Shown here piece by piece: positions 1-12,255 of a stretch of 64,000 nucleotides of DNA. Every line of letters begins with the position of its first letter. The first letter of the stretch is position 1. The stretch spans positions 58,156,001 to 58,220,000 of the forward strand of contig OZ024743.1 of NCBI GenBank assembly GCA_964016885.1, read 5' to 3'. Both the position numbers and the translations under genes were made by a program. Source of the stretch: Eledone cirrhosa. Taxonomy: Eukaryota. The notes beneath the pieces were generated by a model. It did not search any database. It was not told the origin of the DNA and was given only the letters and a program-made list of their open reading frames with translations.

Positions 1-846
1 TTTAGCCGATACATAATAGAGATGATTTAAGTCAGTAATGTTTAGTTTGTTTGTGATGATAATGTTTTTGAGAATTATGTTAGTCTTGTGTATTATCTTT
101 TGGTTCTGTTTGGAGTTCTGGATCTTAGGGAGGGTGTCTCGTTGCCCCATGTCAGATTCTTTCATTTTCATCCATTCGATCATAATTTCATCCTTCACGT
201 TGGCAAGTTCATTCTCATTCATTTCTTTATCATTTATGATCTCATTATTTTCATTTGGAGTTTCATCCTGAGCATGCACTCCCTCCACTTTTTCGCTCCT
301 TTCTTTAATTTGTTCTGTTGCCAGTGATTCCGCCCCAACCCTGGGATTCGAAGTGTTACAGTTTACCTCGTTTTCACTGACACATGCTTTATTTTCCCTT
401 CGCTGACTTTGCGCTACTAGCTTGATCTGATCAATTTCTATATCAGTTAGTAACTTTTTTCTTACAATATTTCTTCGCATATTGGCTAGTTTGTTACTGT
501 CAATATAGCCTCTGTTTTCGGGTTGTGTCTTTTTCCAGTTGATATATGTTTGTTCTGTATTCGATGTATTTGATGGGTAGTACATGGCAGTGTAGAAAGC
601 CTCAAGGACTTCTTTATTATCTTCCCTTGACCATTTTTCTCTCTTTTTCATTGGATTTCTTGGTGGTGAGCATGGAGGGCCAACAGTAGGAGTATTCCGG
701 TTATGGGAGGTCTCCAGCTCCGAAGTGATGGGAAGGTTTGAACCATTAGCTGATTTTTCGACCCCAGTCTGGTTCCTCTCTGAAGGACGCGGCCCTTTTT
801 TACCCGGGTGACGGCCGATCCGGTATGAGATTTTATCATTAGACAT
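1..846 (-). CDS. N-terminal part of the R4/Dong ORF (MSNDKISYRIGRHPG...), open to the window edge
   Basis: Manual translation from ATG at 846: 282 codons with no stop. It is absent from the ORF track because it has no stop within the window. Confidence 0.7.
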   Translation of the reverse strand, partial: MSNDKISYRIGRHPGKKGPRPSERNQTGVEKSANGSNLPITSELETSHNRNTPTVGPPCSPPRNPMKKREKWSREDNKEVLEAFYTAMYYPSNTSNTEQTYINWKKTQPENRGYIDSNKLANMRRNIVRKKLLTDIEIDQIKLVAQSQRRENKACVSENEVNCNTSNPRVGAESLATEQIKERSEKVEGVHAQDETPNENNEIINDKEMNENELANVKDEIMIEWMKMKESDMGQRDTLPKIQNSKQNQKIIHKTNIILKNIIITNKLNITDLNHLYYVSAK

Positions 847-953
847 TTACTTTATTTTGTCGCGTTTTATCCTTATCCGCCAAGGGGTAATCATTTCGTG
901 TTACCACTTCTAGAACGAGTGTCAACCAAGACTAGAGCGGTCGTTCTCCCCTA
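1..953 (-). mobile_element. 5' end of an R4/Dong-clade non-LTR retrotransposon (5'UTR 847-953 plus ORF start), running off the left edge
   Basis: Begins directly after (TAA)n. The translation contains KREKWSREDNKEVLEAFY...W...LANMRRNIVRKKLLTDIEIDQIK and RDTLPKI...ITDLNHLLYVSA, which resemble R4-clade N-terminal blocks. It is adjacent to R4 3' fragments in the same orientation. Confidence 0.75.
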
Positions 954-981
954 GATTATTATTGTTATTATTATTATTATT

Positions 982-2315
982 GTTATTCCTTGAATCTCAG
1001 TCATTGATGTTGGTTAACTGGAAAGTCCGTTGGATTGAATATCAAGCCACTACCTGCAGCCTCAGATATTCAGGACGTATCGGAGGGTTCTTGCCGTTCC
1101 AAGCAAGCATGCCTTTTGAAGCGTTCCAAAAAGCGTGAAGGGGCCGATTTTCTTTAACCATCCCTGGAAACCTTTGGAGATAGTCCCCAGTGCGCCTATG
1201 ACAATCGGGATCACTTTGACTTCATGGCAGTTCCAAATCCTTTTCACCTCCCACTTTAGGTCCTGGTATCGGTTAATTTTCTCCCTCTCCTTCTCTTGCA
1301 CTCTCGTGTCGAACGGGCAGGCCACATCCACAATCAGGCACGATCTTTTTTCTTTGTCCACAACCACCAGGTCAGGTCTATTGTGTTCCAGTTTTTTGTC
1401 CGTCTGTATCCTAAAATCCCACAGCACCTTCACCTGACTGTTCTCCATCACCGCCTCTGGCCTATGCTCATACCATTTCTCAGAATGTGGTAGATTGTTT
1501 ACTTTGCACAGGTGCCAGTGGATCACCCTGCCCATCACATCGTGTCTCCAGCCCTTATAGTGGGTCTGGGCTAGGTGTTTACACTCGGACACAATGTGAG
1601 CCACAGTCTCCTCTCTCTCTCTCCACAGATCCTGCACAGTGGGCTAGCCTCCTCCTTGTATATATGGTGCTTCAACCACTTCGTTTTGAGGGCCTGCTCC
1701 TGCGCAGCCATTAGCATTCCTTCTGTAGCCTTTTTGAGGTCTCCTCTTCTCAACCAGTTCCATGTCTGTGGATCTCTAAATTCAGTTTTCTCAAAGAAGG
1801 TACTATGAAGGGATTTTCCCTTAAGGCTGCTCTTCCTCCTTGATGTTATTTCCTCCTTGGATATCCCCTGGCCTACTGTCCCCTCCTTCAGTACAGCTCT
1901 GAGCATTGGCTCCTTACTATAGGTCACGTATTTGTATAGGTTGTTTTTCTCCATCTGAACACAGTCCTCTATGCTGATAAGACCTCTTCCACCCTCAGAT
2001 CTCCTTAGGTAGAGTCTATCGACATCACTCCTCTTGTGGAACATGTTGTAGATAGTCAATAGCTTCCTAGTCTTCCTATCCATTTCTTTTTGTTCAGCAA
2101 CATTCCATCTCAGAATTCCCGCACTGTACCTAATAATAGACACAGCTCGGGAATTTACTGCGCTTATGGCATTTCTGCTGTTCAGATGTGACTTCAATAC
2201 GCTCCTTACTCTCCGAATGTATTCAGTTCTTAACAATTCCTTCATTTTTTTGTTCTTTATGCCATCAGCCTCCAGAACGCCCAAATACTTGTATCCTTCC
2301 TCAGAGTCAATTTCC

Positions 2316-2317
<2 letters not shown>
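982..2317 (-). mobile_element. 5'-truncated R4/Dong element: RT C-terminus, CCHC knuckle and restriction-like endonuclease, frameshifted
   Basis: ORFs 1571-2284 and 1062-1637 join via a frameshift in a CT run near 1610-1620. They give RLYL.R..GGRGL, CRIC..ETVAHIVSEC, RHD, LWDF.IQTD..EHNRPDLVVVDK and DVACP. (TAA)n lies on both sides. Confidence 0.9.
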
Positions 2318-2371
<54 letters not shown>

Positions 2372-2377
2372 GTTATT
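2318..2377. repeat. (TTA)n microsatellite between R4 copies (also 955-981 and 2689-2737)
   Basis: Read directly from the sequence. Confidence 0.95.
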
Positions 2378-2686
2378 GTTATTCCTTGAATCTCAGTCAT
2401 TGATGTTGGTTAACTGGAAAGTCCGTTGGATTGAATATCAAGCCTCTACCTGCAGCCTCAGATATTCAGGACGTATCGGAGGGTTCTTGCCGTTCCAAGC
2501 AAGCATGCCTTTTGAAGCGTTCCAAAAAGCGTGAAGGGGCCGATTTTCTTTAACCATCCCTGGAAACCTTTGGAGATAGTCCCCAGTGCGCCTATGACAA
2601 TCGGGATCACTTTGACTTCATGGCAGTTCCAAATCCTTTTCACCTCCCACTTTAGGTCCTGGTATCGGTTAATTTTCTCCCTCTCC

Positions 2687-2688
<2 letters not shown>
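2378..2688 (-). mobile_element. short 3' fragment of the same R4/Dong element
   Basis: Nearly identical to 982-1292 (VIPIVIGALG...LQKACLLGTARTLR plus 3'UTR) and flanked by (TAA)n. Confidence 0.9.
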
Positions 2689-2738
<50 letters not shown>

Positions 2739-2829
2739 CTACATTCCTTAGATTAAACTAAAACTATGTTGTCAATCTTTTAATAATGTCTTCCTTGTGA
2801 AATTTGTGGTCTTGTTTTGCTTAACTAAT

Positions 2830-2892
2830 GAATATATATATATATATATATGTGTGTGTATATATATTTATATATGTATATATATACATATG

Positions 2893-2929
<37 letters not shown>

Positions 2930-2930
2930 G

Positions 2931-3027
<97 letters not shown>

Positions 3028-3324
3028 ATATATATATATGTATATAAATGTATATATGTATATATAAATGTATATAAATGTATATATGTATATATGTATA
3101 TAAATGTATATATGTATATATATGGGAGCTCCTACATAGACACACTAGAAGAGGAAGACCAAGCTTAACGTATGTTGATGCCCTAAGGACAGACACTAGT
3201 CTGTTGGAGACGCAGGACATGGCAGCGATAATGAGGGACAGAGACCGCTGGAGAGAACTCGTCCATGGATCTCGGGACTTTTACCCGCCTTAGATATATA
3301 TATATATATATGTATATAAATGTA

Positions 3325-3369
<45 letters not shown>

Positions 3370-3492
3370 GTATGTATATGTATGTATGCATATATATATA
3401 TATGTATATATATATATATGTATATATATATATGTATATATATATGTATGTATATGTATGTATACATATATATATATATGTATATATATATG
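2830..3492. repeat. imperfect (TA)n/(TATG)n microsatellite interrupted by an RTE fragment
   Basis: Read directly from the sequence; it produces the spurious YIYIY ORFs. Confidence 0.95.
3123..3293 (+). mobile_element. RTE-clade LINE 3' fragment
   Basis: Translates as [19 protein letters not shown]...[13 protein letters not shown], the typical RTE C-terminal R.RGRP...DR..WR motif. Confidence 0.75.
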
Positions 3493-4146
3493 TGTGTCCC
3501 TCTATCACTTCTTCCACCACCGAACTTTTTTCTCGTCCGTTTCTTTGTTTTTTTGTTTTTCCCCTTTCGCCTACCCCGAGGCAGCCCATCGGGCCTCTTT
3601 AGCCGCAGTACCCCCACCCCAGTAACATACAGATAGCATTCGCCGATTACGCAGTAGTAACTATTCATAGCAGCTGTGTTAGACCCCAGATATGTGGTTT
3701 TAATTTTTTATTCTAAATGTTTTAATTATTCACATCTACCAACTAATTCTATAGTTTTGGCCGAAATAACAGCACCAACTAAATATAGCAGTTGTGTTAG
3801 ACTCCTTATTTCCCTTCTCACTTTCCAATCTTATTTTCTGATACATTTTTCTCTCATTTTTTATTATATTTTTTGATTGTCCCCCAATCGCATTTGATTT
3901 ACTATTTCTATAACGTCCCTACTCCACTTTCTAAAGAAACGTTTTTTCGCCAACCTCCTCTGGCCTACTTTCATACACTTTATTTATCAGACTAAAAAAA
4001 AATCTTACTTTAGTCCAGAAATAGCCGTCGAAACGGCTTGAGCTCTGCCGTCGGGGTCATATTTTCTCCTATTACCCACTCTACTACCCTAAGTATTGAG
4101 TACTCTGGTGCGTTATGGTCCATCTGGTTCCTTACCACAACTCCTT

Positions 4147-4150
<4 letters not shown>
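3490..4150 (+). mobile_element. PLE-type 3'UTR/pseudo-LTR remnant with the 3' half of a hammerhead
   Basis: GAAA-CGGC-ttgagctct-GCCG-TC at 4030-4052. The terminal ~120 bp match 16771-16950 and 41443-41622, and the element ends in (TA)n. Confidence 0.55.
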
Positions 4151-4229
<79 letters not shown>

Positions 4230-4760
4230 GTAGGAGATGAGTTTTATTGTAGAACAATAAAAATATGCATATATCGGATAAGTAGCACTCAGCAGTTTAT
4301 TGAACTGGAGTATATATCAGAAGAAATTAAAGGATGGTTAAACAAGTTCCATATATTTTATTATGGGCATTTCAAAAACAAATATCATCCTGGGACGATA
4401 GTTGGGTTCTCATCAGATAAAATAAGGTAACATGATATTTGCCCTCTCACCGCTTGAGACTGCTGGATTTGAAAACAGTCGAGAATATATAGTTTTCTCG
4501 TCTGTGTAAATGAGGTGATTAATCTCATTTGCATATGAAGCTGCATAAGTTGGCTCAACTTATAATAGAAAAGAAATAAGATTTCGCATCAAGCATAGCT
4601 TTATACAAATATGTATAGAAATTTCGTATTTGTAAAGAAACGCGGTTTTAGGAAACCGTAGTTATGCAAACACCGGGTCTAACGCCCTGTGGTGGTGTCC
4701 AGCAGAAGCAAGGGGGACAACCATCGACACTAATGTTTCTGGAAATGTTCAGGAAAGAGT

Positions 4761-4802
4761 GAGCTGTACTGATGAAGGGTGATACCCAGAAACTTTAGTG
4801 TC
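4761..4802 (+). ncRNA. type I hammerhead core A (its stem-I partner is displaced to 5127-5134)
   Basis: gagctgta-CTGATGA-a-gggt(gat)accc-a-GAAA-ctttagtg-TC. Confidence 0.75.
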
Positions 4803-5126
4803 GACGGTTGTCCCCCATGCTTCTGCTGGACACCACCACAGGGCGTTAGCCCCGGTATTTGCATAGCTACGGCTTCCTAAATCCGTGTTTCTTTACAAAT
4901 ACGAAATTTCTATACATATTTGTATAAAGCTATGCTTGAAGCGAAATCTTATTTCTATTCAATTATAAGTTGAGCCAACTTATGCAGCTTCATATGCAAA
5001 TGAGATTAATCATTTGAGATTTACACAGACGAGAAAACTATATATTCTCGACTGTTTTCAAGTCCAGTAGTCGGAAGCGGTGGGAGAGACCGTCCTGAGG
5101 AAGGCCAGTCAAGCCTGAAATGCTTA
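4803..5126 (+). ncRNA. 324-nt retrozyme-like monomer; its hammerhead is completed only on circularisation or tandem repetition
   Basis: Starts gacggt and ends accgtc-CTGAGGA-aggc(cagtcaa)gcct-GAAA-tgct-TA. The two ends pair extensively (gacggt/accgtc, gcttc/gaagc, tgctggac/gtccagta). Confidence 0.65.
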
Positions 5127-5518
5127 TGCTGTTCTGTTTACATGCCAACACAAGAGCAGAATGAAGGGTTCATTCTACTGACGTGGCTTTAAAAATGAGG
5201 CTTGTTTGCATAATTGCAAACGAATCGAATGTTATTATTAATATTTCGAAAAACTCAGATTACATTTAATTATATACAACAAGGACGATTGGTTAGTCCT
5301 TCATTGCGTTTATTGTTTGGTGACGCGCGTTTCGCCACTATTAGATCAAGGTTCGATCTGTATCGATCTGACCTGACTCTGTAATCCGCGGTTCGTCAGA
5401 CCCTTTGTAATGGTTACAAGGGGTCTGACGACCTATATACACTGGTCATAGACACCCACACACGCACACATACCCCCCCCCCCCCCCACACACAGACACA
5501 CACACACCCACACACACC

Positions 5519-5576
<58 letters not shown>

Positions 5577-6013
5577 ACAACACCACCAGCTCTGTCGCCT
5601 CTCCCTCTCTCTATGTCTTTCTTTCAATCTACTCTCTCACAACCACTATCTCTTTCTCTCTATCCTTCTCTCTCTCTCTGTTTATCAAGGTACCCGGAAA
5701 AACCCATATCTCAGGAACCCGACCTCCGATTACGCGAAACTTATGTTATTCCATTCTTATTCGCATTTCAGCGTCAACTGCCTTTCAAAGTATTTTCCCA
5801 TTATGCGCCCTTTTGACTGTATTACATTACAGACAAGCAAGCAATCGCATAGTTTTAGTAATATGTAAATAATACTCTGTCAATGTCACAAATGTCATGT
5901 GAATCAATTTGGCTTTGTCATATCTTACAATAAAATGGTTTATAAAATCAACACAATGACATCAGCTACGTGAATATTTTGAATATCTGAAAACTCATGT
6001 AAATGACTAATTT

Positions 6014-6107
<94 letters not shown>

Positions 6108-8955
6108 TCTGTGTGTGTGCGTGTGTATATATGTATGTGTGTGTGAGTGTATGTGTGTGATGTACTAATTTGAATACTATTAGCGCTTGTGCTGGTAGCT
6201 AATAAGATATATATTAAGGTGTAAGCTAAACATCCGAAGTGTATAATAAAATTATATATGTATCTATATGAGCTATACATGTAAAAGTGTTTAGAAATTT
6301 ACACATTGTTACATATCTTTAGTGAATAGACATCTAAACATACAAAATATACCTGTTTTCTTGTACAATTAATAAAATGATAAATGTATTATCATAACAA
6401 TTCAGAAAAAATACAGCTAGACATCGCGTCTGATGCACTAACATATCCGGCGATTTACGGCCCTAAACGGGTACTTTATTTTTCAACCCTAAAAAGATGA
6501 AAGACGAAGTAGATCTTAGCGAGATATGGACTGAGATTGCAGAACAAGTATCTTCTATGTTCTCATGACTCTACAGTAAAAGAAGAGATTCTTTCTTAGA
6601 AACAATATTAATTGGTATTAGAAGCACACCCGGCCTTGTTAGAGAGATAAAGTCCTTCAGATCGCAGATCAAGTATCTCCTACACTCTAACGACTTTGAT
6701 ATATACACAAGATATAAAGTCCTACGTTGGGGGTCACTGAATTCATAGCCGAACCGAACAGACTCTGTAATGCCTCAATTAATAGATACATTAGATTTGT
6801 TTCTGTCTGTGACATTTGAGACATTCGGGAAAGCTGACAACTAATTTGTATTATGTTTGGCGGTCTTTAACATAAACAGTGTGACCAAATTTATCACCAG
6901 TAATAGATTTGGTCACACCGTGGGCAACTGTTTCACTTCTAAAATGATTATTGTGTAATATAATATAATAGATAAAGTATCATTGTGAATGTCATGAATA
7001 TTATGTCCAATTAGTATTGATTAGTATAACAGTTAAACGAAGCGTTAATAAGTAACAAACCGTACTGTATGACTATAATAGAAGATAAGCTTGTCTTTAC
7101 GGTATGTTTTAAAACTATGCTATATAATTATAATGGAAGTTGTGTTTGTCATTGTAATATGTTTTATAATACCTTTGAATTGAGTTGTGGAGACAACATA
7201 ACTTAGGTCGATTGTGGATAAATTATACAGAGGTTTCTCTGTCCTCTAAAGAAATTATCTGAAATCAATATTATTCGATTTCTAAATTCGATAGGTGTCT
7301 TTCTTGTAGAAAATCGAACACTCTGTGTTTGTCGCAGTGAAATAGATATTCTGAGACATGCAGCAGTAAAAGTTATAATATCAATAGAACTATAAATAGC
7401 GTTTTAAAAGAAAAGAAAGATACGTTGGATAAAAGATAGCCACAATTGGAATGTATTGTATGACGAATATGCTGAACCTTGGGCTGATCTATTGCTAAAT
7501 ATGATTAAAAAATTCACCACATCAGTGAAATACACAACACAGCATTACCACCAACAGTAAAGAGAGAAGTAACCTTATACAAAAAACCAACACAAGATGG
7601 AGATTGGGAAATATACTCAAGATTTAAGAAGGTAAATACAAATCAGAACTTACTTATGAAAGGAAACACTATTTATCTAAGTTAGAAATAATTGTTATGT
7701 AATATAAAATACCTGATTCTCTGTACTTTTAAAACATTAGTTTCGATTTGTTTCCAGAAGAACTCTAATCGCTTTGAAAGCTGGTTTACTTTATAATTAT
7801 TGACTAAATTATCACTTTGAAATCAGATGTCCTACTTTATATTCATAGAATAAATTATCGTAAATCCTTCGACAACAAAAGAAGAAAAAAAAATATATAT
7901 AAAACTGGAAAAGGAGAATAATCGATTGTCACAGTAAATGCCATCAGAAATCCAATTGCGATCGTCATTTAGTGACAGAATAACAAGAAAGATCTTAAAA
8001 GTCAGATGATGTAGCAATGTACAATTATATATGTGTGTATGTAGTTATTGATTTGTTTAAGGCTAGTAGTTATATAAACAGTCGGGACTTATGAAAACAA
8101 TAGGGCGTTGATTTTAGTTTAGAGAACGTTTAGATGCAAAATGAAACCATATATTTCTGTTGTTTTTATATGTCATTCTATCAAAAATAAAAATTACATA
8201 AACAAAACTCAGAAAATGAAAGGAGCCGATCGTGAGAGCGGATCAAGGAAAGTATGCTTTTACGGGCCTTTTCATTACTGATACTATCTGCCGGTAGCCA
8301 CTAATAGCATAAATGGAATTTGAACTTGAAGGAGATACCAAAAATAATACTGTTCGGCACTTCAGCAATTCCCCTAACCTTCCCCTGATCTGGTGCTTTA
8401 TTCATCGATCTCAAAAGGATTAAAGCAGGGTTGATCTCGGCAAACTTTAAACACAGTTACCAAAGACATAAACAAATATTTCATTATATAGTGAGGTCCT
8501 AAAGAGAGAAATATCCCTTGTAAAGTGTTTTGCAGTACCACCACATATTGCTAATTACACGGTATCACAATCATACTTTTTATTTCCTTGCAAATTTGTT
8601 CATTTCCGTGTATAATGCCTTTGGAAAATTAGGAAGATCATTATACGTAATTTTACTTTTTCTAAACCTGCTTCGCAGCAAGATTGAATCGTGTTACAGT
8701 TTTAACGTAACTTTTCTTAGACTATGATATTGTCAAATTTATGTTTTCGTTGTGAGATACAGAGTGGAATGTATATTATTAACGTCGATGAAATAATATG
8801 GCTTCAGATGAGAAATAATTTAGACCACAACGAATGGGATATGCAGAACACTTCTTTTCTGTTTTTTAGTGATCGCCTACATCGGCATCTACTTCTGTTT
8901 CCGTAATGTGTAGCTCACAACGTAAGATATGTGTATTTAATATTAGCCACGTCAA

Positions 8956-9172
8956 GGGCTGTGGATTGGCAGTATCGCTAGAGGGTCGGATGCCATGCTT
9001 TGCAATATAAAGTTACGACCCTTTATGATCTGTGTTCAAATCCCGCCGACGTTAACTTTGCCTTTCATCCTTACGGGGTAAATTAAATAAAGTACCAGTC
9101 ACGCACTCGAGTCGATTTAATCGACTTTCCTCACCCCCAAAATTGCTGGCCTTGTGCCCATATAAGAAAGCA
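8956..9172 (+). mobile_element. tRNA-derived SINE with Meta/MESC-like core
   Basis: A-box-like TGGCAGTATCG, B-box GTTCAAATCC and core gcctttcatccttacggggt..aaataaagtaccagt. Target-site duplication atattagccacgtc on both sides. Confidence 0.85.
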
Positions 9173-9756
9173 ATATTAGCCACGTCCTTTGCAGCATTGG
9201 CTCTTATCAGGACCGGTATTAAGCTAGTTGCCCCAATTCTTACAATTGGACCCGTCCCAAATGAGGCCCAGCACAAGAGTAATTTATTCTCGGCTTGTCC
9301 ACTAAAAAATATTGCAATATTCATGTAACACTAAATTAGGCCCCGCACCTCCCTAGGTGGAACCTGGCACCTGTCCGTGAGCAAGTCAACTGTTTCATTA
9401 TATATTAACCGTGGGAAGGTCAACTGTTTTATTATATATTAAATGACTTCTAGCTTGATTTTCATAATACTTAAAAATATGTTTTTTGCAAAACAGAAGT
9501 ATATTGTACTTCTAAATCTGTGACACAAATTAGATTCAATAGCGTTGATGATATAAACATTAGCTAAATGTTGAATATATCAAAGTATATTCAATTTACT
9601 TTCTACACTCGAACACAATGTGTACACAAGTTCATATTGTTATTGATTGAATATCACTACTTAATTCTCAAAATAGACACCAGATGTTAAGAAAACAACA
9701 AAACAAAAATAAAATATTTTTCGATATTTTCCATCATCATTATCTATATTTCCATA

Positions 9757-10356
9757 GGGCGGTGGATTGGCAGTATCGGTAGAGGGTCGGACGCCATGCT
9801 TTCCAGCATAGTTACGTCCCTTTACGGTCTCAGTTCAAATCCCGCCGAGGTTGACTTTGCCTTTCATTCTTACGGGGTCGATAAAATAAAGTACCAGTAA
9901 TGAACTGGGTATTTGCTGGCCTTGTGCCTAAAGTAGAAACAATTATCTATATTTACATAGGGCGGTGAATTGACAGTGTTGGTAGAGGATCAGACATGCT
10001 TTCCAGCGTAGTTACGCCCCTTTACGATCTGAGTTCAAATCCCGCCGAGGTTAACTTTGCCTTTCATCCTTACGGGGTCGACAAAATAAAGTACCCGTAA
10101 TGCACTGGGTAATTGCTGGCCTTGTGCCAAAAGCAGAAACAATTATCTATATTTACATAGGTGGAAGAAGGGCGGTGGATTGGCAGTATCGGTAGAGGGT
10201 CGGACACCATGCTTTCCAGCATAGTTATGTCCCTTTACGGTCTGAATTCAAATCCCGTCGAGGTTAACTTTGCTTTTCATCCTTACGGGGTCGACAAAAT
10301 AAAGTACCAGTAATGCACTGGGTAATTGCTGGCCTTGTGCCTAAAGTAGAAACAAT
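9757..10356 (+). mobile_element. three tandem full-length copies of the tRNA-derived SINE
   Basis: Units start at ~9757, ~9960 and ~10169, separated by a repeated attatctatattt(a/c)cat spacer. Confidence 0.9.
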
Positions 10357-11018
10357 TATATATATTTACATGTACAAACATTATTGATCATACCGTATAA
10401 ACTAACCTTAACTTATTTCTGTTTGCTCAGGTCTCCCCAACAACAACATCAATATCTAATACGACTGTTTGACACGCCTAAATGTCATTTTATCAAAAGA
10501 TTACATAATCCACATTTCCCTCTCTAGTTACATATTGATTTCTTTCGACAAAACAATCATGAAACAAACCCACAGAGTAGATTGCTTCTCCGAGGACATT
10601 TACTTCCCTGACTCTACAGTGTGTTTCACATTCTCTAGGTAAATATTGATATAGTTTAATACGGTACGCGATATAAGTTGTTGAATTGATGCAGTACGCA
10701 ATAGGCTGTGAATTGGTAGAGTTGCTAGAACGTCCGATACCATGCTTTACTCTATCCCTTCCAGGTCTCTGCTCAGTGAGTTCAAATTTTGCCGATATCA
10801 GCTTTACCTTACATCATTTCGAGGTAAAAAAGTAAACTGTCCATAAAGTGCTGGTGTTGATTCTGTCCCATATAACTCTTCATCTCTGTTTCTCTGGAAA
10901 ACGAATCGGCTGTATTAAGTCTTGGAAAGGGATGAGCTCTGATAGGTATAAGAATACACCCACACGACTCCATTAGGAGTTAAGATCCTAGGAAGGGTGA
11001 ATGGATGGTTATAATATG

Positions 11019-11175
11019 ACGGCGAATTGGCAATGTTGTTAAAACGTGGGATAGAATGCTTAGTAGTATACGTTTCGGCTCGCTGCTCTCCGAGTTCAAA
11101 CCCCACCGAGGTCAACTTTGCTTTTCATCCATTCGAGGTAGATAAAAAAAGTACCAGTCAAATACTGGGTCGATT
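11019..11175 (+). mobile_element. older diverged copy of the tRNA-derived SINE (other decayed copies near 6440-6540, 10703-10860 and 15600-15740)
   Basis: Contains gttcaaaccccaccgaggtcaactttgcttttcatccattcgaggtagataaaaaaagtaccagt. Confidence 0.75.
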
Positions 11176-11886
11176 TTCTTCTATATATCTTTCTCACCTC
11201 CATTCTCTCATTCTCTATCCTTCTCTGGAAGAATCTGCTGTAATCAGACATGGAGAGAATTGAGCTCCGCCAGGTTTTAAAATGCCATAGTAACGTCGTA
11301 TGTCAATACTGTGCCCTGCGGTTCCTTCAGGAGTTATGGGACAATGCATGTATTGAAGTTCAGTATATTAACTGATTCTTATTTTATTATCCTCAGTATA
11401 TAACTGGTGTCCATTTTACCAAGTTGAGTAACTTGATCTTATGTTATTGGTGAGAAGTTAGAATGTTTAGCTCATGATATTGATGCGTAGAGTTGCGTTG
11501 TGTCTTTGAGGACCACATTTTATTCTATCCTACTCCACTTTCTTCCACGTTATACCACGTTATTCCACGTTGCTCCAAGCCACTCAATAAGGAGCCAACC
11601 TATCACACACTGTTTCACTCTAGAACTCACGGGGAGCCACATTAAGGGAACATGCGAGAGTGGAATGCTCCACCAATTGGCCATAAATTTGAAATGCAGG
11701 CTTTCTATTCATCAAACAATTGGAACGCTCGTCGCCATTAAACTTTGTTGTCCCAAGTTTTATATTACATGCATAATGTTCATAACAATCATGCCGCAGT
11801 TTAATCTGGAATATTCTGTAGTTATAAAGATATAATACATACATAGAGACACAGACACCCTCACAGAGGCACATATACAAAAACAT

Positions 11887-11935
<49 letters not shown>

Positions 11936-12111
11936 CGTGTGCGTGTGTGTGTGTGTGTGTCTGTGTGTGTGTATAATATAATATAATCTGTAGGATTTTG
12001 TCTCAAATCACACAGTTTAGTTTCTCTTTAGATGTTTTATCAAATGGAAAATCTGTTTTGGAATGATTCACTGCTAAAATTTTATACACTCTCCGAAGTT
12101 CATTGTAGCTA

Positions 12112-12153
<42 letters not shown>

Positions 12154-12173
12154 ATACACACACACACACACAC

Positions 12174-12255
<82 letters not shown>

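Larger units (their letters stand above)
4443..5275 (+). mobile_element. fold-back PLE-derived element with ~300-bp inverted arms and two hammerhead cores
   Basis: Arms ~4443-4742 and ~4786-5088 are reverse complements. The tail 5127-5270 matches 22526-22660 and 58965-59105. Confidence 0.8.

Noticed and set aside
648-839. 63-aa ORF as the R4 protein start or a uORF
   Set aside because: It is an off-frame overlap; the real frame starts at 846 and stays open to the window edge.
4761-5136. Alternative reading as an obligate heterodimeric double hammerhead
   Set aside because: The stem I strands do cross-pair, but the stem III segments (actttagtgt versus atgctt) are neither complementary nor equal in length, and uninterrupted siblings exist.
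9757-9850. A/B boxes suggesting tRNA genes
   Set aside because: They are SINE heads joined to a core and tail, with TSDs and no convincing cloverleaf.
10431-10638. ag...gt bounded segment as a possible exon
   Set aside because: The frames checked contain stops and show no recognisable homology; a 5'UTR exon cannot be supported without transcripts.
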